Assembly (NCBI GenBank): GCA_965140415.1
Contig: OZ223209.1
Coordinates: 1,568,001 to 1,632,000, forward strand
Direction: 5' to 3'
DNA: 64,000 nt
Source of the DNA: Myxococcota bacterium
GTDB lineage: Bacteria > Myxococcota_A > SURF-8
Position numbers and translations under genes: made by a program. This document shows, piece after piece, positions 38,394-49,324 of the stretch. The notes below the pieces were generated by a model, which worked only from the letters and a program-made list of their open reading frames with translations, ran no database searches and was not told where the DNA came from. Position 1 is the stretch's first letter. Each line of letters starts with the position of its first letter.

Positions 38394-39812
38394 TTAGGGG
38401 ACTTCGTTTATATCAGACTCATTCTCGGGCAGGCAGATCAGAAACACGTAGCGCCCATGGGTCAATCGTTGCGGATGGCTTTCATCCAAGTATTGACAAT
38501 GCAGAGGCAAGCGCTGCGCCAGTTTCGGTGGTCCTGTTACATTCTGCCTCGCTACCCAAATGAATCCTCTAGACGGTTCCGGTTGCTGCCACAGATCGTA
38601 TTGACTTTTACGGCGTTCTACTTCGGCAGCAACTCCGGGAAGCTTCTTTTCGGGGAAGTTGTACGCCCACAATGAGGCCAACTGGTAGTCGCGGGCGAAT
38701 ACCGGCAACTCCAAAGCGGATTCGGGTAACAACTCCAGCGCGGTCTGGCCTTCCTGTTGTAAATCGTGCGCCTGTCTCAGCACATTGTTGCCGCCGAAAA
38801 CGCCAAGCCCCCACAGGTAGAGCAGCAGAGTAAATCCAGCTGCCAGCCACACGGTCTGTCGGGCGGCAAGTTGTATGCTTGGATGGCTTGCAAAGGCTGC
38901 CGCTACCACAAGCGCCGCCGGATAGGCGACTGCCGCCCAGCCCGCCTCTGCATGGGAAAAAAGAGCGATTGGCGTAAATAGCAGAATCGGAATCCAGGCA
39001 AATGGCAACAGTGTGCGCAGCCAGTGCGGCTGTGATAATCGCTCCCGACTGGCGCGGATGAACAACCACCAGAAACCGGGAGTAAACAATACGACTTGCG
39101 CCAGCACAAAGCCGCCCAGGTTTTCCCACCAGCGTCCCGCACCGGAAAAACCGTGGTCGAATTGAAAGCGCAGGCTGATCCAGTCGTGCGCCAATAGCCA
39201 ATTCAGATGCGGCGTAATTATTGCCAGAGTGACGATGCCCGCCAGCGCCAGTTTAAAACGGTGCTTGTGGATTGTCGTCCAGCTAAGCGCAAACAGCAAA
39301 CAGGGAACGAACAGCGCCATACTGTACTTGCTGAGCAGGCCAAGAGCCAGATATACGCCCAGTCGCACGAAATCAAGCAGTCGCGCACGCTCATTGATAT
39401 CGACCGCTGCAAGCAGCGCGAGAGACCAGAACACCAATAGTGGCGTGTCGGGAGTCAGGATCACGCCGCCCAGATTGAAAAGCGGAGCGACATTTAACGC
39501 CGTTACCACCCATAGCGCCTGTCGTTCCCCCGCCATGCGCCGCATCCACAGAAACAATCGCTGCGCTATCAGGGCAAAGGATAGCGGCGCGAAGGCGCGC
39601 AGTGCCAAAGGGGAGTCTCCGAAAATCGCGGTGCTGGCGGCCATCCACCAGGCGATCATGGGGGGATGATCGAAATAGCCCAAGGCTGGATGCTGTGCCC
39701 ACTGAAAGTAATAGGCTTCATCCGGGGAAAGCGGCAAGACCGCTGCCAGCAGAAGCCGCAGCAGCAAAAACGCACTGTTGATCCATAAAAAGCGGCGGGT
39801 GGTGGAGGTCAT
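38394..39812 (-). CDS. GT-C fold ArnT/PMT-like (GT39/GT83) glycosyltransferase
   Basis: PDEAYYFQWAQHPALGYFDHPPM, TPDTPL and LGLLSKYS motifs; multiple TM helices. Confidence 0.9.
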   Translation of the reverse strand: MTSTTRRFLWINSAFLLLRLLLAAVLPLSPDEAYYFQWAQHPALGYFDHPPMIAWWMAASTAIFGDSPLALRAFAPLSFALIAQRLFLWMRRMAGERQALWVVTALNVAPLFNLGGVILTPDTPLLVFWSLALLAAVDINERARLLDFVRLGVYLALGLLSKYSMALFVPCLLFALSWTTIHKHRFKLALAGIVTLAIITPHLNWLLAHDWISLRFQFDHGFSGAGRWWENLGGFVLAQVVLFTPGFWWLFIRASRERLSQPHWLRTLLPFAWIPILLFTPIALFSHAEAGWAAVAYPAALVVAAAFASHPSIQLAARQTVWLAAGFTLLLYLWGLGVFGGNNVLRQAHDLQQEGQTALELLPESALELPVFARDYQLASLWAYNFPEKKLPGVAAEVERRKSQYDLWQQPEPSRGFIWVARQNVTGPPKLAQRLPLHCQYLDESHPQRLTHGRYVFLICLPENESDINEVP

Positions 39813-39820
39813 CTCCCGGT

Positions 39821-42094
39821 TTACAACTCCATGAATTCAGGTTCCTGTGCGGGTTCGACGACCGCAGGCGCAGGTTCAACAGTCTCTGAAGGTTGTTCCT
39901 GCTGCGCTTCCGGTTTCGCCGGTTCGGGTTCTGCTTCGATTGCTGGTGCGACCTCCGGTGCTTGTGCTTGCGGTTCAACCTCTACGGGTACTTCTTCGGC
40001 TTTTGGCGTTTCAGTAACTTCCGGTGTGGTTGCCGGTTCCGCAGGGGCTGCTTCGTTCATGGCGGGAGTGTTCGTCTCGGAGTCCGTTGCGGCTGGCAGA
40101 ATCGGTTTCGCTTCAACGGCCAAAGGCGCTTGCTCGATCGGCTCCGGCGACGTACTGCCTAAGCCTTGGTAGTTCGTGCATTGCCACAGCGTGAACAGGC
40201 GTACCTGTCGTTCTCCGCGCTGAATGGGAATCTCGCGCAGCTTCGTCAATCCGCCGCCGCAGCTATACAACGAGGACGGGTCGGTATTGTAGCGATTGTC
40301 GGTCACGATCAGCCCGTCCTGCCCAACGGGGCTTGGTTGTTCGAAAAAGTCGAAGGCGTCGGTGCGCTCGGATAGGCAATATACCGGCAAGGCGCGCCCG
40401 CGCAGGGCGAAACTCAGTTGACCGCACATGGTGTAGTGATAGCTTGCCACAAAAAGAGGTTCGGTGTGTTTAGAACTGATTTCACCGATGGCTTGATCCA
40501 CCCGGTCCCATCCGATCAGTTCGTTGGCCAGATCGTATTTGGCATCGTACCATTCGTCGGGTAACAGGGAAGAGGGGAAGGCGCTTAACAGATGTGCTAC
40601 CAGCAGGCCATTGATTGCCAGCGCCGGAAGCAGCAGCCAGCTCATCACGGCGCGTCGTTTTTTCGGTTGACGCCAGAAGGCGAAGGGACCGACCAGTAAC
40701 AATGCCTGGGCTTTCGTCGCCGTTTCACAGCGTATTGAAAGCACCATGCTGGCCAGCAGCGGATAGAGCAGCAGATAGCCGATTAACGGCCAATGCGGCT
40801 CGCTTTCTCCGGTCCAGCCGCCCACGAAAACAAAGAAGCCAAGCACCGGTACGCTGAGCCAGAACAGCAGCCCGGCGTCGTGTCCGGTTCTGCCGAACAG
40901 ATCCCACAGCGAACGCCCGGCAGCCAACAGCAGACCGAGAAAGAGCAATGGCGAGAGATACAGCGCCTGTCCGGCAGTGAACACTAACAGACGGTTTAAG
41001 TCAAACGACGCCGCCTGGTGGCGTTCGAACAGATGATAGGTGAACGAGATGAAGTCATGCTGCGAGTTCCAGATCAGTACCGGGGCGAAGATCGCCGCCG
41101 ATAATACCAGCGCCAGCGGCAGCCAGATGGAAACCAGTAGCTTGCGTCCGGGCGAGAAGAGCAGGTAGACAATTGCGACCGGCCAGAACAGCAGCATGAA
41201 GTATTTGCACAACAGCCCGATTCCGACGGCAGCGCCTGTAAGCAACAGGTACAACGGGCGTTGTGTATGGGCGGCGCGATACAGCAGCCAACTGGCCAAT
41301 AGCCACATTACGCCCAAACCGGCATCCGGAGCGGCGGCGATGGAACCCAGGAAAAACACGGGGGTCAACAGGAAGAACAGCAGCGCAACAAAGCCGACGC
41401 GATGGCTGCGGAACAAACTCGCGCCCAAACCGTATACGCCCAGTCCCATTGCGGTGGAAAGCGCTACGGAAAGTACGCGGACGCCCATCGTGGTGTCGCC
41501 GAACCAGCGCGTCCCAAGCGAAATCAGGTAGGCCACCATCGGTGGGTGATCGTAATAGGAAAGTTGAAGATGCTGTGACCAGGCATAGTAATACGCTTCC
41601 GAATCGCCCAGTCCAAGTTGGCCGGAGAGCCACAGCTTCATTGCACCGAAGCCGGTCAGCACCAATACTGCCAGAAAGAGGAACAGTCCCTGCGATTGAG
41701 ACGCATTGCCGGAATCTTCCAGGTCTTCGAAATTCTCGAAGTCCTCGCTGTCACCCGTGTACGTATAGGGGCGCTGCGAAACCTGTTCCGGGATGGTTGC
41801 TTCTTCCTCTTCCAACTCGTCTTCAGGCTCGCTTTGCTCTTCTTCTTCCGAATCTTCTTCCGAGTCGGTGCCGTCTACTATCGCGTCAGAGCTTTCAGGC
41901 TCGTTGAGATCTTCTTCTTCGGGCTTTGCTTCAGGTTCCGAGTCCGACTTCGTTTCCAAGTCCGATTCGGATTCGAAAGAAAATGCCTCTCCCTGCGTGT
42001 CAACAGGGGGCTCATTCTGTTCTTTTGAGGCTTGACTCTGTTGTTCGTCCGCTGTTTCGATACCTTCTTCGTCCGGTCGTTTTTCGTCGTTCAT
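39821..42094 (-). CDS. GT-C fold ArnT/PMT-like glycosyltransferase with long acidic N-terminal and Pro/Ala/Glu C-terminal extensions
   Basis: DSEAYYYAWSQHLQLSYYDHPPM, APDA, GLLCKY and EPHWP motifs; low-complexity termini. Confidence 0.88.
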   Translation of the reverse strand: MNDEKRPDEEGIETADEQQSQASKEQNEPPVDTQGEAFSFESESDLETKSDSEPEAKPEEEDLNEPESSDAIVDGTDSEEDSEEEEQSEPEDELEEEEATIPEQVSQRPYTYTGDSEDFENFEDLEDSGNASQSQGLFLFLAVLVLTGFGAMKLWLSGQLGLGDSEAYYYAWSQHLQLSYYDHPPMVAYLISLGTRWFGDTTMGVRVLSVALSTAMGLGVYGLGASLFRSHRVGFVALLFFLLTPVFFLGSIAAAPDAGLGVMWLLASWLLYRAAHTQRPLYLLLTGAAVGIGLLCKYFMLLFWPVAIVYLLFSPGRKLLVSIWLPLALVLSAAIFAPVLIWNSQHDFISFTYHLFERHQAASFDLNRLLVFTAGQALYLSPLLFLGLLLAAGRSLWDLFGRTGHDAGLLFWLSVPVLGFFVFVGGWTGESEPHWPLIGYLLLYPLLASMVLSIRCETATKAQALLLVGPFAFWRQPKKRRAVMSWLLLPALAINGLLVAHLLSAFPSSLLPDEWYDAKYDLANELIGWDRVDQAIGEISSKHTEPLFVASYHYTMCGQLSFALRGRALPVYCLSERTDAFDFFEQPSPVGQDGLIVTDNRYNTDPSSLYSCGGGLTKLREIPIQRGERQVRLFTLWQCTNYQGLGSTSPEPIEQAPLAVEAKPILPAATDSETNTPAMNEAAPAEPATTPEVTETPKAEEVPVEVEPQAQAPEVAPAIEAEPEPAKPEAQQEQPSETVEPAPAVVEPAQEPEFMEL

Positions 42095-42103
42095 GGCTTG
42101 GTT

Positions 42104-42487
42104 TCATCCGTTGGAGGGAGGGGAATCATCCAGATCCTCGATGGTCGGAACCTGGGGTTCCTTGAAACTCAACAATGCAAAGATGATTCCCAGAACGATG
42201 GAAATGATCCCGACATACTGATACATCCCGTAGAGACCATGTACGATTTTCGCTTCGGCGTCGCGTTCCACTTCCTCTTTACTGAGTTTAGCTGCGGTTT
42301 CTCCGGTGGGTTTGTCCGGTTGCTTGAGTTGATCCAGAAAACGGGCGCGTTCGCTCTGACCCAGGTGCGGATAGCTGGTTTCGTATTTATCCAGTTCATA
42401 ATGGGAGAGCAGATTGATGAACAGTCCGGCGGCGATGAAGATCATGCCGATGAAAAACCACTTTCTAAGATAGAAGGGACGCTTCAC
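42104..42487 (-). CDS. Hypothetical two-TM membrane protein
   Basis: Two hydrophobic helices; GTGA overlap with the upstream ORF. Confidence 0.7.
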   Translation of the reverse strand: MKRPFYLRKWFFIGMIFIAAGLFINLLSHYELDKYETSYPHLGQSERARFLDQLKQPDKPTGETAAKLSKEEVERDAEAKIVHGLYGMYQYVGIISIVLGIIFALLSFKEPQVPTIEDLDDSPPSNG

Positions 42488-42897
42488 GAACTTTTCCCCG
42501 TCTTTTTACTACCGATCTGGATCTTGCTGCCTTTGCTTCCCGGCTTGTCGGAGCGTTTGAAGTTCACTTCCGCTTTGACTTCGATGGTCATCTGGCTCAG
42601 CGCCTTGACGACTTCCTCGGAAAGATCGGTCGCTTCCAAAAAGCGTTTGAATTCCCGCCCGAACAACGAAATGATCTCGCTTTTACTGCGGTCGGCTTGG
42701 CCGATCAGGTAGTTGATCAGTTCTTTGGGGAGCGCAAAGGGTTTGACTGTGACCTTTTCGCCTTCTTCCGATGTGTTGAGAAGCACGCCCAGTCCCGAAT
42801 CGATCAGACGCCGGAATAGACGTGGGCTGTCCTCGATTTCCGGGCTGTTGTCGGTTGCGGAGCCTTCTTCCCGATCCGAATTGCGTTTTTTCGTCAT
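42484..42897 (-). CDS. Hypothetical helical cytoplasmic protein
   Basis: 137-aa ORF in operon context with an amphipathic helical core (LPKELINYLIGQADRSKSEII). Confidence 0.7.
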   Translation of the reverse strand: MTKKRNSDREEGSATDNSPEIEDSPRLFRRLIDSGLGVLLNTSEEGEKVTVKPFALPKELINYLIGQADRSKSEIISLFGREFKRFLEATDLSEEVVKALSQMTIEVKAEVNFKRSDKPGSKGSKIQIGSKKTGKSS

Positions 42898-42929
42898 GTA
42901 ACTGTCCCCTAGAAAGGTCGCTGGTGCGG

Positions 42930-43319
42930 TTAATCGACTTCCGCCAATACCTGCTCAATGTAACTGGTGTCGTAGCAGATGCGCCCGTCGATGTTGTTTT
43001 CCAGGCACTCGCTTTCGTTTCCCTCGCTACAGTCGTCCAGTTCGATCGTTCCCGGATTGTCGAAGAACTCCGCCTGGATCTGGCTGCATTCGCGTTGCGA
43101 GAAATTGCCCACAGGCACCTGCTGTACGCCGCTGCAATAAATCCCCAGGCTTTCGCCGTCTACACGAATCTCGACCATGCTTGAGCTGTTGTTGGTCACG
43201 AGCAGCCGGTATTCCCCCGGGTCGGGTTCCCACAGCGGACTACTTTCACTTATACAATGGGTATCACACCCACAGACAAAAAGCAACGCCACCCACAGCC
43301 AGCAACGGTTCATCCGCAT
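42930..43319 (-). CDS. Small Cys-containing hypothetical lipoprotein
   Basis: Signal peptide ending VCGC; starts 4 bp after the purA stop. Confidence 0.65.
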   Translation of the reverse strand: MRMNRCWLWVALLFVCGCDTHCISESSPLWEPDPGEYRLLVTNNSSSMVEIRVDGESLGIYCSGVQQVPVGNFSQRECSQIQAEFFDNPGTIELDDCSEGNESECLENNIDGRICYDTSYIEQVLAEVD

Positions 43320-43323
43320 GTAA

Positions 43324-44718
<1,395 letters not shown>

Positions 44719-45678
44719 TTAGCGTTGCACGTCTTTTTCGTTCAATGCATTTCGCAGCGTTCCCTTGGTCAGATAATCCGCCACCTGTTCCGCCGCCGCG
44801 ATGGCGACATTGTCTTGGGCTTCCTTTGTGGATGCGCCCAGATGCGGCGTAGCGATCACGTTGTCCAGCTTGAGCAGCTTATGCTCGCCTGGAGGTTCGG
44901 TCGCGAAGACATCCAGCGCCGCACCGGAGAGGGTGCCGTCCGTCAACGCCGTGTACAGCGCTTCTTCATCGACGATACCGCCGCGCGAACACTGAATCAA
45001 GAACGCCCCCTTCTTCATTTTGGCGAATTGTTCCGCGCCGATGAAGCCGGTGGTTTCTTTGGACTTATTTAAGTGGATACTGATGTAGTCCGAACGCTGC
45101 AAGAGCTCGTCCAACTCCACCATTTCAACGTTCAGGCCTTCGGGCAGTTCCGGCTTGAACTTATCGAAGGCAATCACGTTCATGCGCAGGCCACAGGCGC
45201 GGTCGGCGACGATCTTGCCGATGTTGCCCAGGCCGATCACACCCAGGGTCTTTTTGAAAACTTCGCGGCCCTGAAGCTGTTTCTTGGCCCACTGGCCGTT
45301 TTTCAGCGTCATGGTTCCCTGCGGCACGTTGCGCGTCAAGGCCATCATCATGGCGATGGCGTGCTCGGCGGTGGTTACGGTGTTACCACCGGGTGTATTC
45401 GTGACATACGTGCCGTTTTTATTGGCGGCTTCGATGTCGATGTTGTCCACGCCGGTTCCGGCGCGGGCGATGATCTTGAGGTTTTTGGCGGCACTGAAAA
45501 TATCGGCGGTGACTTTGGTGGCGCTACGCACCAGCAGACCGTCGTATTCGCCGATCACGGCTTTCAGTTCTTCCGGGCTCATGCCGGTTTTCACGTCGAA
45601 TTCGATACCGGGAACGGAACCCAGAATCTCGTTTGCGATGTTGGACATACTGTCGCTAATCAATACTTTCGGCATCAC
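44719..45678 (-). CDS. serA: D-3-phosphoglycerate dehydrogenase-like protein, short form without ACT domain
   Basis: VRSATKVT, RAGTGVDNID, NTPGGNTVTTAEHA, GLGNIG and TPHLGASTKEAQ motifs; only 319 aa. Confidence 0.85.
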   Translation of the reverse strand: MMPKVLISDSMSNIANEILGSVPGIEFDVKTGMSPEELKAVIGEYDGLLVRSATKVTADIFSAAKNLKIIARAGTGVDNIDIEAANKNGTYVTNTPGGNTVTTAEHAIAMMMALTRNVPQGTMTLKNGQWAKKQLQGREVFKKTLGVIGLGNIGKIVADRACGLRMNVIAFDKFKPELPEGLNVEMVELDELLQRSDYISIHLNKSKETTGFIGAEQFAKMKKGAFLIQCSRGGIVDEEALYTALTDGTLSGAALDVFATEPPGEHKLLKLDNVIATPHLGASTKEAQDNVAIAAAEQVADYLTKGTLRNALNEKDVQR

Positions 45679-45694
45679 TGCTCCTCCAATTGTC

Positions 45695-45808
45695 GCGGGT
45701 GGTCGTTGACCGCCAAGTTCAGAATACGAATCGCAGGAAACGTTGTCGTCCGGTTCCAGTCGCGAAAAAGGCCGTCCGGCGACAACACCCGAACGACCGT
45801 CAGCCCGC
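45695..45808 (-). ncRNA. Candidate structured 5' leader of serA-purA
   Basis: Nested complementarity: outer arms 45695-45707 and 45792-45808, inner arms 45742-45753 and 45776-45786, located between promoter and RBS. Confidence 0.35.
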
Positions 45809-45811
45809 AGG

Positions 45812-45841
45812 GTTTTACCACTGCTGGCGAGCGTCTGTCAA
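45812..45841 (-). promoter_or_regulatory. Sigma70-type promoter of serA-purA
   Basis: Minus strand TTGACA-N18-TAAAAC with an extended TG. Confidence 0.55.
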
Positions 45842-45886
45842 GCTCACAACGCTACCTGTTTCCCGGAATAATCGGGGCGAATCGTT

Positions 45887-46291
45887 TCAGTCTTCTTCGT
45901 CGTTCAACAGGCCGTTTGCCAACTCGTCACGGAAACGATCGTCGAAGTCGTAATCTTCGTTGATCGCAGCGATTTCCTGGGCGTGTTGAGCCAAGTAATA
46001 ATCGACCACGATTTCCGCCAGACGATCCAATCGCTTGCCCACGCGCGCTTCCAATAGCTTCTTCGTGCGTTCTTTCAAGAGTTCCTGGAAGGATTCTTCC
46101 GTAATTTCAAGCATGTGTTCTTTCAACTCATCCACTTCGTCGCCTTCTTCCATTGCTGCCGGTTCGTGGCTGTGCGGCATGTCGTGAGAATGGGCGAAAG
46201 GATCGCGCGGACGGCCAGGCCAGTCCGCCGACGGCGGACCGCCGTGATGGTGGTGGTGATGACGATCGTCACACATGGAGCGCCTCCTCAT
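45887..46291 (-). CDS. His-rich small acidic protein
   Basis: CDDRHHHHHHGG...HSHDMPHSHE followed by an acidic helical domain. Start may be ATG ~46276. Confidence 0.7.
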   Translation of the reverse strand: MRRRSMCDDRHHHHHHGGPPSADWPGRPRDPFAHSHDMPHSHEPAAMEEGDEVDELKEHMLEITEESFQELLKERTKKLLEARVGKRLDRLAEIVVDYYLAQHAQEIAAINEDYDFDDRFRDELANGLLNDEED

Positions 46292-46459
46292 CGAAGGATT
46301 GGGTTAGCGATTCGATTTACCTTCTGCACGTATCAGAGGATAGCAGGCTGGCAGCAGAAAATGCAAGCGCTTTCGAATTCAAGAAGTTTTCATCAGTTTA
46401 TAGGGATGAGAATTCCGGCACTTGGTTGTATTCCGAACGATTGAGTAAGTTACAGGTGT

Positions 46460-46492
46460 GCCCCTGCCAAGTGCATAGCACCCGGCAGGGGC
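46460..46492. terminator. Hairpin downstream of the beta-helix lipoprotein gene
   Basis: GCCCCTGCC...GGCAGGGGC 9-bp stem. Confidence 0.4.
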
Positions 46493-46534
46493 GATTTCAA
46501 TCACAGTCGGGTGAGTTTTACCCGGCTGTAGCCA

Positions 46535-48922
46535 CTATCTGGTAATATCGGTTTCGTTTTCGATATCGCCATCTTCAACAATCACTCCCTCGCCTTCATG
46601 TGAGCCGATGTCGTAGGCCGTGCCGATCGGTCTCGAAACGCCGTCGATGTCTTCGTCGATTGGCAGATTTAAATCGGTCGGATCGGCACCGGCATCGATG
46701 CAAGGGCTCATTTGCTGCAACCGGTAATCATCGGTCAGGGGATCGACAAACAAGGGATCGGCCATGATGTTCTCTGCGCAGGTTCCCCAGGAGCAGCCGT
46801 TCACTTCATCCATGTCGTTGATGCAGCGATTATCTCCGCAAATTGCGTAGTTCTCGTTAAGCCCTTCCGTGCGGGCATCGAAGAAGGCGTTGTTGAGCAA
46901 GGAGACCATGGTGGAACTCGACATCCCGTACACTATACCGCAACTGTAGGATTCACTGTTATTGCAGGGGGCCATCGGTTTGCCGAGATCGATGATGTTG
47001 TTCACAATCACATGCAAACCATGCGATACTTTAATCCCCGCGATTTGGTTGGCTGGGTTTTCTGCGGCGATGATGACATTGTGGGCAATGGCCGTTTCGC
47101 TTGACGAATCCACTTTGATTCCGGTCGAGAAACTGGATCCTCCCTCGATGCGAATGTCGTTGTTATAGATATTTGCCTGCTTGGCTTCGGACAGATCGAT
47201 GCCGATGGATCGGCTATAGTGGGAACCCGTGACGATACGATTGCCGCTGATCTGCACCAGTTCGTTGACGGGATCATTGATTCCGATAGCGGTTTGTTCG
47301 GCGTGGATTGTATTGTCGATGACGGTCACGAAATCGTGCGAGCTTGCGATAATCCCGTTCGTGCCGCGCAGGATATTGTCCCGGATATACGCCGCGGAAT
47401 CCGATCGGATGTGGACGGCGCAGTTGTTCTGGTGCACCTCGCCGTTCATTAAAATTTCATTGCGCAGTAGCACCAGATCGGAATGAATCTTTGCATCGAC
47501 CATGTAACAAGATTGCTCCGTGCAGGTGTGCGACAGTTTGTTGTCGGTAGCGGTCATGTTGACGAAAGAGTCTACACTCAACAATCCCTGCCCGGTAATC
47601 GTAATGCCCTGAATTGCGAGATCTACCGGTGGTCCATAAGGATCTTCCCCCCAATTCGGGTTCCATTTCGCAAAGCCGATGGGGCCTTCGATGGTAGTGA
47701 CGTTGGTCTGGATGTCCCGGGTCCAGTTTTGGTCTTCATAACCGCCGAAGATGGAATTGCTTGATCCTCCGACTAAAGGTCCATAGTCGCCGGCGGCGAC
47801 GAAGATCACCTTGCCGCCGAAGCCTCGCAGTCGTTCAACCGCCAGTTTCACCGAGCTCAATGGCGCTTCCCGAGTGCCCGGATTGTCTTCTTTTCCGTTA
47901 GGCGATACGAACAAGCCATTTTCGTTGGTGGCTTCCGGTGCCAGATCGTCCGGTCCCGGCATGGTTTCCCAGTCGGCGTAGAAGGGGGGCCAGTCCCGCG
48001 GTTTGTTCGGATCCCAGGCTTCAGGATCGCAGGTCGGGCATTCGATTGCTTTGGCGACACACATGCCGTCCTTAAACACACCGTTTTCGTCGTAAACCGG
48101 CAGGCACAGGCTGTTTTCACCACAGATATATCCCTTGGCCTCACAACGAGTGTAGCTGGTGAAATCATCATCCAAGCCGCAACGGTCACTGCAACGCTGC
48201 GTATCGTTCTGGCTGGCATCGGGTGATTCGCAGACCGGGTTGTTTTCCTCGTAGCAGATGCCGCACTCATCCGATCCGCCGACATTGATGCAGAACGCGC
48301 CCGAGTCGCAACGATTCAGATCGCAGCGCATCACGCAGTAGGATGGATCGCCGTTTTCCGGGTGATAACAATAGGGATATCCCTCGCCCCGTTGCAGGCA
48401 TTCGAAATCGGTGGTGCAGGCATAGGAGCGGGTGCATTCCACAATATCCTGCCCGGTATCGCTTGCAGCTTCCTTGCATTCGCAGGTATAGACAATGCCT
48501 TCTTCCGGTCCCGTCTGGGCGCATGTAGCCCAGTTGACCGGAATCTGTTTCCATTGGTTCAACGGGTTTCCGTTTCTGTCGAAGTCGATGCATTTGCAGA
48601 TCTTATCGTCAGGCATACAGATGACCTGTGGACCGTTATTAAAGTCACATGCCCCTTCACAAACGAAGGTATTTTCGCTCTCTTCCTCCGATTGTGTGTC
48701 GAAATCACCGTCCGACGGAGTCTTCTCGATCTCCTGCTCGCCGTGGCCCGAGTCGAAATCTCCATCCACACCAATCGGATCGGCATCCATATCGCTATCC
48801 GAATCGCCATCTGAATCGCCATCTGTGAATGAGCCATCCTGATCGCTCTCACTACAAGAAAGGACGAGTAGCATCAGCAGCAAGGTTGTGAATAATAAGG
48901 TGGTTGAAAAAAAACGTTTCAT
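46535..48922 (-). CDS. Lipoprotein: DGD linker, Cys-rich region, DUF1565-like segment, right-handed beta-helix and choice-of-anchor-Q-like tail
   Basis: Lipobox VLSC, LFVSPNGKEDNPGTREAPL, repeated (I/L)xxNxI strands, and DPLFVD..DYRLQ..SPCIDAG..DIG. Confidence 0.82.
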   Translation of the reverse strand: MKRFFSTTLLFTTLLLMLLVLSCSESDQDGSFTDGDSDGDSDSDMDADPIGVDGDFDSGHGEQEIEKTPSDGDFDTQSEEESENTFVCEGACDFNNGPQVICMPDDKICKCIDFDRNGNPLNQWKQIPVNWATCAQTGPEEGIVYTCECKEAASDTGQDIVECTRSYACTTDFECLQRGEGYPYCYHPENGDPSYCVMRCDLNRCDSGAFCINVGGSDECGICYEENNPVCESPDASQNDTQRCSDRCGLDDDFTSYTRCEAKGYICGENSLCLPVYDENGVFKDGMCVAKAIECPTCDPEAWDPNKPRDWPPFYADWETMPGPDDLAPEATNENGLFVSPNGKEDNPGTREAPLSSVKLAVERLRGFGGKVIFVAAGDYGPLVGGSSNSIFGGYEDQNWTRDIQTNVTTIEGPIGFAKWNPNWGEDPYGPPVDLAIQGITITGQGLLSVDSFVNMTATDNKLSHTCTEQSCYMVDAKIHSDLVLLRNEILMNGEVHQNNCAVHIRSDSAAYIRDNILRGTNGIIASSHDFVTVIDNTIHAEQTAIGINDPVNELVQISGNRIVTGSHYSRSIGIDLSEAKQANIYNNDIRIEGGSSFSTGIKVDSSSETAIAHNVIIAAENPANQIAGIKVSHGLHVIVNNIIDLGKPMAPCNNSESYSCGIVYGMSSSTMVSLLNNAFFDARTEGLNENYAICGDNRCINDMDEVNGCSWGTCAENIMADPLFVDPLTDDYRLQQMSPCIDAGADPTDLNLPIDEDIDGVSRPIGTAYDIGSHEGEGVIVEDGDIENETDITR

Positions 48923-49324
48923 ATCGTACCTCCCAATCAACCGATGAATTTCCGCATACCCGACGATGTGCCGGTTGTTGCGTTTTCTGTTTTCATCGTA
49001 TTGGGATTATTGCTTTCAGACAAGATAAAAAACACCAAAAATTTCGAAAAGTGTTCACTGTTAGTGAACGATAAAATCCTTAAAAACAAGGAAAAAATAG
49101 AATATACAGTAAGATAGACACGGTATCTTAAATTGTAATGGAATAATACATCTAAAATTAGTGAACGTTATGGAGGTGACAGAGAGGTCGTCGGGGCGCA
49201 TTGTCGTGCAATGTGCTTTCTTGAAATTATACACGGCCTCCCGGAATTTTCATTCCGTGAGACCCTGGTACATCGCGATTAGATTAATAGATAGGCAGGA
49301 ACGAGTAAGAACTCCTATAAATGC

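Noticed and set aside
45742-45790. ZTP (pfl) riboswitch suggested by GCGACUGG on the minus strand
   Set aside because: The 3' GCC..CGCCUGGGC hairpin/pseudoknot partner is missing; kept only as an unclassified leader.
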